A DNA stretch of 57,333 nucleotides, taken from contig JAZQUS010000039.1 in assembly GCA_045631445.1 (NCBI GenBank), positions 1 through 57,333 of the forward strand, written 5' to 3'. Positions 11,079 through 20,065 of this stretch are shown here, piece by piece. Source of the stretch: Eubacteriales bacterium. GTDB taxonomy: Bacteria > Bacillota > Clostridia > Oscillospirales > CAG-272. Both the position numbers and the translations under genes were made by a program. The notes beneath the pieces were generated by a model. The model had not been told where the DNA came from, ran no database searches, and saw only the letters and a program-made list of their open reading frames with translations. Each line of letters opens with the position of its first letter. The stretch's first letter is position 1.

Positions 11079-12146
11079 ATGCGTTACGAAGAAGATTTTG
11101 ATTTTGAAAATAGCTATGAAGAACGCGCAGTTTCCCCTTCTATGACAGGTGACGACGCGCGCGAAAACGAGCTTCGTCCCCAAAGCATTGAAGAATATAT
11201 CGGTCAGGAAAAAGCAAAGGAAAACCTCAAAATATATATTGAAGCAGCAAAGCTTCGTTCCGATGCTCTTGACCACGTGCTTCTCTATGGCCCTCCCGGT
11301 CTTGGTAAAACAACTCTTTCCCATATCATCGCAAATGAGATGGGAGTGAACATTAAAATCACATCCGGCCCCGCCATCGAAAAGCAGGGTGACCTTGTTG
11401 CAATTCTCACAGGACTTGAAAACGGTGACGTGCTTTTCATTGACGAAATCCACCGTCTTTCCCGTTCTATTGAAGAAGTGCTCTATCCCGCAATGGAGGA
11501 CTATTCCGTTGACATCATCATCGGTAAAGGTCCTGCGGCAAGAAGCATTCGAATTGATTTGCCCAAGTTCACACTCGTTGGAGCAACAACACGCGCAGGC
11601 CAGCTCACAAGCCCCCTTCGTGATAGATTTGGTGTTCTTTTAAAGCTCGAGCTTTACACCCCCGAGGAGCTTTCTACGATCGTTAAAAGAAGTGCAAAAA
11701 TTCTCGGCATTAGTATTACTGAGGACGGCGCACTTGAAATCGCAAGTCGTTCACGTGGTACACCTCGTATTGCCAACCGACTTTTAAAAAGAGTTCGCGA
11801 CTTTGCAATCGTTATGGGAGATGGAATTATCAACTGCGAAATTGCAAGATATGCTCTTCAAAAGCTCGAAATCGACGAGCTCGGTCTTGATAGTCTTGAT
11901 AGACGTATGCTTGAAACGATTATCCGCTTCTATAACGGCGGTCCCGTTGGTCTTGACACAATCGCGGCAACAATCGGTGAAGAAGCAATCACTATAGAGG
12001 ATGTTTGCGAACCATATCTCTTGCAAATCGGCTTCCTCTCCCGTACACCTAAAGGACGTTGCGTAACCCCTCTTGCTTATGAACACCTCGGTATTCCCTA
12101 CCGTGCAAATAGCAAAGTAGATGCAAATCAAACCACAATAATTTAA
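11079..12146 (+). CDS. ruvB: Holliday junction branch migration ATPase
   Basis: [41 protein letters not shown]. Confidence 0.97.
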   Translation: MRYEEDFDFENSYEERAVSPSMTGDDARENELRPQSIEEYIGQEKAKENLKIYIEAAKLRSDALDHVLLYGPPGLGKTTLSHIIANEMGVNIKITSGPAIEKQGDLVAILTGLENGDVLFIDEIHRLSRSIEEVLYPAMEDYSVDIIIGKGPAARSIRIDLPKFTLVGATTRAGQLTSPLRDRFGVLLKLELYTPEELSTIVKRSAKILGISITEDGALEIASRSRGTPRIANRLLKRVRDFAIVMGDGIINCEIARYALQKLEIDELGLDSLDRRMLETIIRFYNGGPVGLDTIAATIGEEAITIEDVCEPYLLQIGFLSRTPKGRCVTPLAYEHLGIPYRANSKVDANQTTII

Positions 12147-12150
12147 CACA

Positions 12151-12179
12151 AAACCGCTTGGTAAAAAACCAAGCGGTTT
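12151..12179. terminator. Bidirectional intrinsic terminator
   Basis: AAACCGCTTGGT-AAAAA-ACCAAGCGGTTT between convergent genes. Confidence 0.8.
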
Positions 12180-12184
12180 GTTTA

Positions 12185-12442
12185 TTAATTAGTAGAAAAT
12201 TTTTGCTTCAACTGATTAACCTTATCCTGCTGAGCCATCTCGGGCGCGTACCAGCCCTTCTCTTTCATCTTGCTATAAATTTGATTTTGCAATTGCAAAG
12301 ATTTATTCAATGCATTTGAAAAAGACGCAAAAATGTTTTGGTCGCTTGCTTCGATTGCTCCGTGCATATAGAGGTCACATGCTCCTTTTTCAAGAAGGAG
12401 AAGATTCTCCATCACATTTCTGTCGTTTGTTGCTTCGTTCAT
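12185..12442 (-). CDS. Spore coat protein, Coat F-like (ferritin-like helical)
   Basis: LLLEK...LYMHGAIEAS...QNQIYSKMKEKGWY pattern; RBS GGAGG before ATG 12442. Confidence 0.7.
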   Translation of the reverse strand: MNEATNDRNVMENLLLLEKGACDLYMHGAIEASDQNIFASFSNALNKSLQLQNQIYSKMKEKGWYAPEMAQQDKVNQLKQKFSTN

Positions 12443-12453
12443 TTTAATCCTCC

Positions 12454-12627
12454 TCAAAGTAATTGATAGAAACCGTTAAAGATTTCACCGTGTTTTTGTG
12501 TTAAATCGGTTACAAGATTTTTCAAATCTCCATCCTGAAGTTGTGCAGAACACTCCTGACACTTCGTCTTAAAATACTTTTCGTGACCGAGTGCATCCTC
12601 AATGTAAAGTAGTTCCTTATTCGTCAT
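12454..12627 (-). CDS. Small spore-coat-associated helical protein
   Basis: MTNKELLYIEDALGHE... of the type usually paired with Coat F genes; RBS AAGGAG. Confidence 0.6.
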   Translation of the reverse strand: MTNKELLYIEDALGHEKYFKTKCQECSAQLQDGDLKNLVTDLTQKHGEIFNGFYQLL

Positions 12628-12790
12628 TTTTATCAAACTCCTTTCCGTTTGGTAATTTAATTATTGACACAATTATGACGAATATTCAAGTTGCGAAAAA
12701 TAGACTTCACAATCAACTCCACTTTGCATTTTTTTGTATATTTTCGACATTTTTTATCTGCAAAATAATATTTCTGACAAAAAGCTACAA

Positions 12791-12813
12791 TTTTGCAACT
12801 GCAAGTTGCAAAA
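12791..12813. promoter_or_regulatory. Palindromic candidate operator upstream of HTH-glmM
   Basis: TTTTGCAACT-GCA-AGTTGCAAAA, perfect 10-3-10 inverted repeat ending 27 bp upstream of the -35. Confidence 0.55.
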
Positions 12814-12840
12814 AATTCAAAGAAAAGTTGATAGAAACTG

Positions 12841-12869
12841 TTGCATTTTTGTGATATATTTAGTATAAT
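12841..12869 (+). promoter_or_regulatory. Sigma-A-type promoter of HTH-glmM
   Basis: TTGCAT-17 bp-TATAAT. Confidence 0.65.
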
Positions 12870-12910
12870 GAGTATAGAAATATACATTATTATATTAAGG
12901 AGATTTTTCT

Positions 12911-14530
12911 ATGACGATAGGACAAAAAATAATCGCACTCCGTAACAGTATGGGCATCTCCCAAGAAAAGCTCGCGGAGCTTCTTAACGTTTCTCGTCAA
13001 TCCATTTCAAAATGGGAGATGGATCACTCAGTTCCTCAAATTGATAAAATTTTGCAGCTTTCAGAGATTTTTATGATCTCCTGTGACGACCTGCTTCGCG
13101 ATGAAGTTGAACTTCGCAGAACAATAACCGCACCACTCACAAATAAGTATTTTGGCACAGACGGTTTCCGCGGTGAAGCAAACGTCAATTTGACTTCAAT
13201 GCACGCATATAAAATCGGACGCTTTCTCGGTTGGTACTATTCCCTTCAGCTTCAGGGTGAAGACAGAGGTACAAGACGTCCTAAAATCGTTATCGGTAAG
13301 GATACACGTCGCTCAAGCTATATGCTCGAGTATGCAATCGCATCGGGTATTGCAACATCGGGAGCGGACGCATATATTCTTCACGTTACAACAACCCCAA
13401 GTGTTTCCTACATTACAAGAATGGACGGATTTGATTGCGGTATTATGATTACCGCTTCGCATAACCCATTCCATGACAATGGAATTAAGGTAATTAACCG
13501 ATACGGTGAAAAACTTGATGACGAAACCACCGCGCTTATCGAAGCATATCTCGACGGAAATCTCGGTTTGCTTGGAATTAAGGGTGATGATCTTCCCTTG
13601 GCAGTTGGTGATAAAATCGGTAGCATTCACGACCACGTTAGTGGAAGAAACAGATACATTGGTTATCTCATTTCAGTTGCTTCCAACTCATACAAAAAGC
13701 TCCGCATCGGTCTTGACTGTGCCAACGGTGCCGCTTGGTCTATCGCACGCGCAGTTTTTGGAGCACTCGGTGCGCAAATTTACGTTATCGGTGACGAGCC
13801 CGATGGTCTTAATGTAAACCGTAATTGTGGCTCAACTCATATTGAAAATCTTGCAAAGCTTGTTCGCGAAAAGCATCTTGACGTAGGTTTTGCATTTGAT
13901 GGTGACTGTGATAGATGTCTTGCAGTTGACGAAAACGGCAATATTGTTGACGGAGATAAAATTATGTATCTTCTTGCGAAGCGTCTTAAGGCTCGCGGAA
14001 TGCTCAATGATAACACCCTTGTTGCGACTGTGATGTCAAATAGCGGATTTGTAGCATCTCTTAATAAAATTGGAATTAAATGCGTTCAAACCAAAGTTGG
14101 TGACCGCTTCGTTTACGAATGTATGCAAGAAAAGGATTATTCCATCGGCGGTGAGCAATCAGGACATATCATTATGAGAAAATACGCGACCACAGGTGAC
14201 GGACTTTTAACCGCCATTATGGTAACTGAAGAAATTTGCGATAGCAAATCTACTCTTTCCGCGCTCGTTAAGGACGTTATGGTTTATCCTCAATATTTAA
14301 AGAATGTTCGCGTAATTGACAAAGATGCTGCTATGAATGACAAAGATGTTCTTGCAAGTGTAAAGGAAGCCGAAGCACTCATAAACGGAAACGGACGCGT
14401 GCTTCTTCGTCCAAGCGGAACTGAACCGCTCATTCGCGTGATGGTTGAGGCAGAAACTGAAGAGAAATGTCACGAATATGCAGATATTATTGTTAAAGCA
14501 ATTATTGAAGGAGGTCATGCGGTTGAATAA
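12911..14530 (+). CDS. glmM: Phosphoglucosamine mutase with N-terminal XRE helix-turn-helix fusion
   Basis: Residues ~1-65 XRE HTH (SQEKLAELLNVSRQSISKWE); then KYFGTDGFRG, ITASHNP, FDGDCDR, GGEQSGH, RPSGTEP. Confidence 0.9.
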   Translation: MTIGQKIIALRNSMGISQEKLAELLNVSRQSISKWEMDHSVPQIDKILQLSEIFMISCDDLLRDEVELRRTITAPLTNKYFGTDGFRGEANVNLTSMHAYKIGRFLGWYYSLQLQGEDRGTRRPKIVIGKDTRRSSYMLEYAIASGIATSGADAYILHVTTTPSVSYITRMDGFDCGIMITASHNPFHDNGIKVINRYGEKLDDETTALIEAYLDGNLGLLGIKGDDLPLAVGDKIGSIHDHVSGRNRYIGYLISVASNSYKKLRIGLDCANGAAWSIARAVFGALGAQIYVIGDEPDGLNVNRNCGSTHIENLAKLVREKHLDVGFAFDGDCDRCLAVDENGNIVDGDKIMYLLAKRLKARGMLNDNTLVATVMSNSGFVASLNKIGIKCVQTKVGDRFVYECMQEKDYSIGGEQSGHIIMRKYATTGDGLLTAIMVTEEICDSKSTLSALVKDVMVYPQYLKNVRVIDKDAAMNDKDVLASVKEAEALINGNGRVLLRPSGTEPLIRVMVEAETEEKCHEYADIIVKAIIEGGHAVE

Positions 14531-15185
14531 GCTTGTTAAAACTAAAGACTTGTTTGATTGTACAGTCCCATATCTTACCGACTTTTTTGAAAATAACGAA
14601 TATCCTTGGGAAATGCTGCCCAAAATAAAAGACCTTACAAAAAAGATAATTGCTGAAGGTCTTGAAGGATACACTTTAATTTCGGACGGAGTTCTTGTTG
14701 GTGAAAACGTTAAAATATACCCCACCGCCACAATTGAAGGACCAACTGTTATCGGTTCAGGCACAGAAGTGCGACCTGGAGCATTTATTCGAGGCGGAGT
14801 TATCACAGGAGAAAACTGTGTTATCGGCAATTCAAGTGAATTAAAAAACTGTATTTTGTTGAATAAGGTACAAATACCTCATTACAACTACGTTGGTGAC
14901 TCAATTTTAGGCAACAAAGCGCACACCGGAGCAGGAACTATTTGCTCTAACCTTAAAAGTGACGGCAAAAACGTCGTGGTTCACGGAGATGTTGAATACG
15001 AAACGGGATTGCGCAAAATCGGTGGAATTCTCGGTGACGGCGCAGATGTCGGTTGTGGCTCGGTAATTAATCCCGGCACAGTAATCGGCAAAAACACAAG
15101 TGTTTACCCACTCACTTCCCTTCGCGGAGTTTACCCTGCGGATTGCATTGTTAAATCTCAAAAGGAAATTGTTAAAAGAATATAA
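14523..15185 (+). CDS. Stand-alone left-handed beta-helix acetyltransferase (GlmU C-terminal-like; glucosamine-1-P acetyltransferase candidate)
   Basis: Hexapeptide repeats, PHYNYVGDSILG, GAGTICSNL; no nucleotidyltransferase domain; TTG start 8 nt after GGAGG, overlapping glmM stop. Confidence 0.75.
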   Translation: MNKLVKTKDLFDCTVPYLTDFFENNEYPWEMLPKIKDLTKKIIAEGLEGYTLISDGVLVGENVKIYPTATIEGPTVIGSGTEVRPGAFIRGGVITGENCVIGNSSELKNCILLNKVQIPHYNYVGDSILGNKAHTGAGTICSNLKSDGKNVVVHGDVEYETGLRKIGGILGDGADVGCGSVINPGTVIGKNTSVYPLTSLRGVYPADCIVKSQKEIVKRI

Positions 15186-15188
15186 ACA

Positions 15189-15215
15189 AAAATGGCGGTC
15201 GATGACCGCCATTTT
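15189..15215. terminator. Bidirectional intrinsic terminator
   Basis: AAAATGGCGGTC-GAT-GACCGCCATTTT. Confidence 0.8.
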
Positions 15216-15221
15216 CATATT

Positions 15222-17357
15222 TTATTTCTTTTCAAAATAAACAGTTTCAGTATTACTATCAAAATAGATAGTGTAAGTTCCAAGCGCAACTTGAATATTC
15301 ATATTACCACCCTGATATTCAAACGAGGTATTAATCTTGCTTTCATCAACGGTGTTATACCAAGCATTATCTCCGCTTTCTCTATTGTTGTAAATCTTGA
15401 ACTTAAACGTACCCGCATCACCGCTACTTGAATAAGCAGTAAACGTTACGGAGTAGATACCATTTCCAATATGTTGGAGCTTATACTGTGAGTGATTTTG
15501 CCAGTTATTACTATCAAAATTACCGCGAACATAAAGCTCCCATTCCTTTTGAGCAGGAGTTGTTCCAGTATTAGAACCAGAACCCGAACCCGAACCCGAA
15601 CCTGAGCTTGAACCCGCATCGGGATTTGTTGTTGTTCCAACATTCATACTGAATCCACTAATATATTTAGCAAGAGTTGATGCCTTTTTAGTAATATAAT
15701 TACTGTATGACATATTAGAACCATTGGACGTACTTGCGTTAAATGAAACGCCGCGTCCACCGTTATTATACTGTTTGGAAGTGGTTGTATCATCCTTGTA
15801 AAGATTCTTTGCACGAAGATAATATTCCTCAAAAGTAGCAATCTTAAACAAATCGTCAGAAGCAACTGTTTTAAGAACCTCGGTATATTCATTCATATAG
15901 AAGCTTGAATTCAAAATACCCTTTGTGAAAAGAGGATTTTTTTGATTGCTTCCATTACCTATTGCCTTATTACTATAAGGACTATCCTCTGTCATATGGT
16001 TGCCTGATGGGTTCCAATCCTTGTTTACGCCAAGACCTCTGTCGGTATCGTAAGGTATAATCATCATCTTTCCATTGTCTGCACGGAAATAAATGTAACA
16101 GTTATTATAGTTGTTTCTCAAATCGTCGGGATTACCCATCATATATGAAATTGCCGCAAATTTGAGGAAGTTATCAACGTCAACAACTGAAGCAAAAGAT
16201 GTTTTATTGCAAGAATTTGAATTGATTGTGCTAATCAAATTTCTAAGTGATGAATGATCACTTGTCTTTTTATTGGTTTTAAGATCATAAACATAGAATT
16301 TAACCGCGTCCTCATCCTCAACACCATAGGATGAGAAGGATGTGAATGTCGCACCCTCACTTGTCCAACCGAGCTTGTAAAGGTCACCACCAAGCGCCTC
16401 TGCGGGAAGATTTTTTTCAAGGAAGATATCGTCAATTGGCTCATAGAACAACCAAACGCCTGCGTGATCATTGGAAATATCAACGGATGCAAGATTTGTG
16501 TGAGGAGCAAGAACGCCCATTTCACGATATATCTCATAAGAATAAAGTTCTCTAATATGAGTAGAGTCCTCATTCTTATTCCATCTCATATCAATTTTTT
16601 CAAGAGTAGCAAACGTTCTGTTTTTTCTTGCTTTTCTTGCGGAGCTATCTGACCAAACAAGAGCATCACTACCGTAATATTCTTCATCATCAAAGGTTTC
16701 CTTGAAACTGATTTTAAAGTGAACAAGATTATACATTCCATTGCTATCGCTATAAAAGCTTGTTCTTGAGGTGTTACCCTTCATTCTAACGCCAACCTGC
16801 TCAATGATGAACTTCCATTGAGTACCGTCGGGCTTAGTAATTGTAACGTGCAAATCTGCCATTCTGTAAATGGGAGATTTTGAACCCATAGAACTATATT
16901 TTTCATAGTCCTTCTGTATCTTTTTAAGCTCTGAATTACTTATATCAAGATAAAGAGATATGTGATTTTCATAACTGAAAAGCTCTTCAAAAAGGATCAT
17001 TTCATCAATATCGGGATTAAGAATAGGATCATCCTTGGGAATATCTACGTTGCCACCTGTGGTAGTTGTTGTAGTGGATGTAGTTCCCGAAGGTTTATTT
17101 GTAGTAGTAGTTGTTGTTGTAGTTGTTGTAGTAGTGCCCGATGGCTTATTTGTTGTTGTACTACTTGGAAGTGTAGAAGTTGTAGTAGAAGGACGAGTTG
17201 AAGTGCTTGTACTTGAACTACTTGAAGGACGAGTTGTCGAACTTCCTTGATTGGTAGTACTACTAAAAATAGGATTAGTGGGATCAACCATGCCATAGCA
17301 AGAGAAAAGCCCAAGTCCCATAACCAAAATCAAAAGAATTGATAATAATCTTTTCAT
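15222..17357 (-). CDS. CotH kinase-family lipoprotein with Thr/Ser linker and C-terminal carbohydrate-binding-like domain
   Basis: Lipobox LFSC; VGVRMKGNTS, IRELYSYEIYR, DDLRNNYNNCYIY, IIPYDTDRGLG (CotH motifs); C-terminal LYVRGNF..W...FKFK beta-sandwich. Confidence 0.75.
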   Translation of the reverse strand: MKRLLSILLILVMGLGLFSCYGMVDPTNPIFSSTTNQGSSTTRPSSSSSTSTSTRPSTTTSTLPSSTTTNKPSGTTTTTTTTTTTTNKPSGTTSTTTTTTGGNVDIPKDDPILNPDIDEMILFEELFSYENHISLYLDISNSELKKIQKDYEKYSSMGSKSPIYRMADLHVTITKPDGTQWKFIIEQVGVRMKGNTSRTSFYSDSNGMYNLVHFKISFKETFDDEEYYGSDALVWSDSSARKARKNRTFATLEKIDMRWNKNEDSTHIRELYSYEIYREMGVLAPHTNLASVDISNDHAGVWLFYEPIDDIFLEKNLPAEALGGDLYKLGWTSEGATFTSFSSYGVEDEDAVKFYVYDLKTNKKTSDHSSLRNLISTINSNSCNKTSFASVVDVDNFLKFAAISYMMGNPDDLRNNYNNCYIYFRADNGKMMIIPYDTDRGLGVNKDWNPSGNHMTEDSPYSNKAIGNGSNQKNPLFTKGILNSSFYMNEYTEVLKTVASDDLFKIATFEEYYLRAKNLYKDDTTTSKQYNNGGRGVSFNASTSNGSNMSYSNYITKKASTLAKYISGFSMNVGTTTNPDAGSSSGSGSGSGSGSNTGTTPAQKEWELYVRGNFDSNNWQNHSQYKLQHIGNGIYSVTFTAYSSSGDAGTFKFKIYNNRESGDNAWYNTVDESKINTSFEYQGGNMNIQVALGTYTIYFDSNTETVYFEKK
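17060..17262 (-). repeat. Low-complexity Thr/Ser-coding linker with internal duplication
   Basis: ACN-rich tract encoding STTRPSSS / STSTRPSTT and TTTNKPSGTT twice. Confidence 0.8.
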
Positions 17358-17424
17358 GATCTGCTCCTTTATACGCAAATTTATCTATTTTAATTATACA
17401 ATAATTATCCCCATTTGTCAACAA

Positions 17425-17455
17425 AAAAAGCACCCAAATTTTTTGAGTGCTTTTT
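17425..17455 (-). terminator. Intrinsic terminator after the transporter gene
   Basis: AAAAAGCAC...GTGCTTTTT stem with T-run on the minus strand. Confidence 0.6.
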
Positions 17456-17471
17456 GTTATTAAATACCAAA

Positions 17472-18734
17472 TCAAAGTATTCCGTAAACGATCCAAAGGT
17501 ACACATATGCAGAGATAACTGCAGCAAGCGTAAAAGGAATTCCAATTTTGAAGAAATCCTTATTTTTAACCTCATAACCTTCCTTGCGAAGAATTGCAGT
17601 ACCAGTAATATTAGCAGACGCACCGATAGGTGTAATATTTCCACCAAGAGTAGCGCCCGAAAGAAGTCCAAAATACATAAGAGTTGGATTAATACCAAGT
17701 CCTGTGATAATGGGAAGCATTGTTGCAACATATGGAATGTTATCAATAAATGCAGAAATAATAACTGAAAACCAAACAATAACAGTAAAGAGAATGAACT
17801 CATTACCACCGCCAAGATTTGCAAGAAGCTGAGCCGCCGCATCAATAACACCCTGCTCCTTGATGCCGCCAATCATAAGGAACAATCCAAGAAGAAGACC
17901 GAGTGTTTCGAAATCTATTGCTTTAATAGGACCAACAACTGCCTCTTTTGTTTGATTTTTGATAAAATTATAAACAAGTCCAACGACCAAAAGCGCACAA
18001 CAAATCAGACCATTTGTAACATCGGGCTTATTTGGAATAAATGATGCACCAATCAAAAGCGCAAGCATTATAAGAAGAAGATATGTAGGAACATAATCAG
18101 TTACCTTGGTAGTTATTCCCTGCTTGGGAATAGCCTGTTTCTCTTTTCTGAATATCCAAGCAAGGATTACAGCAGAAACCACCGCACCAAGTTCAACCGC
18201 AAAAAAGATACTCGGCTTACCCTCATACCAGAAGAAATCCATAAACGTCATCTTTGCTTCTCCGCCAAGCATAATAGCAGTAGTGTCACCAACAAGTGTT
18301 GCCGCACCCTGAAGGTTGGATGAAACTGCAATCGCGATAATGAAAGGAACAGGATTAGTCTTAAGCTTTTTACAAATTTGAAGTGCAACAGGAGCAATCA
18401 TAAGAACAGTTGCAACGTTGTCAACAAAAGCAGATATAACACCCGCAAAAAGTGCAAGAGCTACCGCCGCCATTTGCACGTTTTTAACCTTGTTAATTAA
18501 TATCTCTGCCAAAAGATCGGGCATTTTAGAGTCAATAAACAACTGAACAAGACCCATAGACCCCGCAATCATTAAAAGAACGTTAAAATCAATGGCAGGG
18601 ATAATATTAGCAAATGAAAGCATACCGGTGGCTACAAACAAAACACCGGAAGCAAGCGCAATGTATGTACGGTACTTGCCAAAGCTAAGAATAAGCACAT
18701 AGGTAAGCGCAAAAAGAATAAGGGCAAAAATCAT
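17472..18734 (-). CDS. ArsB/NhaD/CitMHS (IT superfamily) anion or Na+/H+ transporter
   Basis: ISAFVDNV, SNLQGAATLVGD, SAFIDNIP, TLGGNITPIGASAN motifs; ~12 TM. Confidence 0.85.
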   Translation of the reverse strand: MIFALILFALTYVLILSFGKYRTYIALASGVLFVATGMLSFANIIPAIDFNVLLMIAGSMGLVQLFIDSKMPDLLAEILINKVKNVQMAAVALALFAGVISAFVDNVATVLMIAPVALQICKKLKTNPVPFIIAIAVSSNLQGAATLVGDTTAIMLGGEAKMTFMDFFWYEGKPSIFFAVELGAVVSAVILAWIFRKEKQAIPKQGITTKVTDYVPTYLLLIMLALLIGASFIPNKPDVTNGLICCALLVVGLVYNFIKNQTKEAVVGPIKAIDFETLGLLLGLFLMIGGIKEQGVIDAAAQLLANLGGGNEFILFTVIVWFSVIISAFIDNIPYVATMLPIITGLGINPTLMYFGLLSGATLGGNITPIGASANITGTAILRKEGYEVKNKDFFKIGIPFTLAAVISAYVYLWIVYGIL

Positions 18735-18880
18735 TTTCTTTTCTCCTATTAATATAATATATCGTTTTAATTATACAACCTTTTTAACCAAAAGTCAACC
18801 TGAAAATTTGTTTATTTTGATAGTAGTTTTTTTAACGAAGTTATGGTACAATATACTTAAGAAAATTTTGGAGGTACAAA

Positions 18881-19999
18881 ATGAATATATTTCCCGAAGT
18901 AAAGAAAAATTTTGGATTTGGCTGCATGAGATTGCCAATGAAAAATAACGAAGTCGACACCGTAGAATTTTCTGCAATGATAGATACATTTTTAGATAAT
19001 GGTTTTAATTATTTCGATACCGCACAAGGGTATCTTGAGGGCAAGAGTGAGCTTGCACTTAAAGAATGCCTTACAAGCCGCTATCCAAGAGAAAGTTACA
19101 TATTAACCGATAAGCTTTCTCCTCATCTTTTTGAAAAAGAAGAGGACATTCGTCCTTCATTTGAGCGTCAGCTTGAAGCTTGCGGAGTTGAATATTTCGA
19201 TTTTTACCTAATGCACTCTCAAAATAAGGGATTATATGCTAAATATCAAGCTTGCCGTGCTTATGAAATCGCACAAGAATTGAAAGCCGAAGGTAAAGTA
19301 AAGCACGTTGGCTTCTCTTTCCACGATAACGCAGAATTTCTTGATAAAATCCTCTGTGACCACCCCGAAATTGACGTAGTGCAAATTCAGTTTAACTATG
19401 CCGACTACGATGATCCCTCGGTTGAGTCAAAAAAATGCTATGAGGTTTGCAGAAAACATAACAAACCCATTATAGTTATGGAACCCGTTAAAGGAGGACA
19501 TCTCGTTAATCTCCCCGATAAAGCAAAAGAGGTGTTCTCTTCCCTTGGTGATATGAGTCCTGCAAGCTATGCAATTCGCTTTGCCGCAAGCTTTGAAGGT
19601 ATCTTTATGGTTCTTTCGGGTATGGGGGATATGCAGATGATGAACGATAATATCTCCTATATGAAAAATTTTGAACCAATTAACGCAAAAGAACTTGAGG
19701 CAATACATAAAGTTCTTGAAATAGTGAAAGAACAAGGCACAATCCAGTGTACAGCTTGTCGTTATTGCGTTGACGGTTGCCCAATGAGCATCAAAATTCC
19801 TGACCTTTTTGCTTGTATGAACGGCAAAAAGATTTGGAATGCGTGGAACTATGGCTCCTACTACCGTTCACTCACAAAGGAAAACGGACACCCCAACACC
19901 TGCATAGAATGTGGCGCGTGTGAAGCAAGCTGTCCACAGCACCTCCCAATTCGCGACCTACTCAAAGAAGTTGCTAACACTTTTGAAAAGAAAGAATAA
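18881..19999 (+). CDS. Aldo/keto reductase with C-terminal 4Fe-4S dicluster
   Basis: GFGCMRLP, NYFDTA, VMEPVKGG; CTACRYC..CP and CIECGAC..CP. Confidence 0.9.
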   Translation: MNIFPEVKKNFGFGCMRLPMKNNEVDTVEFSAMIDTFLDNGFNYFDTAQGYLEGKSELALKECLTSRYPRESYILTDKLSPHLFEKEEDIRPSFERQLEACGVEYFDFYLMHSQNKGLYAKYQACRAYEIAQELKAEGKVKHVGFSFHDNAEFLDKILCDHPEIDVVQIQFNYADYDDPSVESKKCYEVCRKHNKPIIVMEPVKGGHLVNLPDKAKEVFSSLGDMSPASYAIRFAASFEGIFMVLSGMGDMQMMNDNISYMKNFEPINAKELEAIHKVLEIVKEQGTIQCTACRYCVDGCPMSIKIPDLFACMNGKKIWNAWNYGSYYRSLTKENGHPNTCIECGACEASCPQHLPIRDLLKEVANTFEKKE

Positions 20000-20037
20000 A
20001 AATATAATTCTACTCACATGTTTTTCTTTTAATATTA

Positions 20038-20063
20038 AAGGAACGTCCAGAAGGACGTTCCTT
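20038..20063. terminator. Bidirectional intrinsic terminator
   Basis: AAGGAACGTCC-AGAA-GGACGTTCCTT between convergent genes. Confidence 0.75.
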
Positions 20064-20065
20064 AA

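Noticed and set aside
12657-12887. Overlapping 76-87 aa ORFs in the coat/glmM intergenic region
   Set aside because: No RBS or motifs, AT-rich, and they overlap promoter and operator sequences.
15575-17262. GAACCC and GTT/GTA tandem tracts as phase-variable or functional DNA repeats
   Set aside because: In-frame multiples of three explained by Gly-Ser and Thr/Ser protein linkers.
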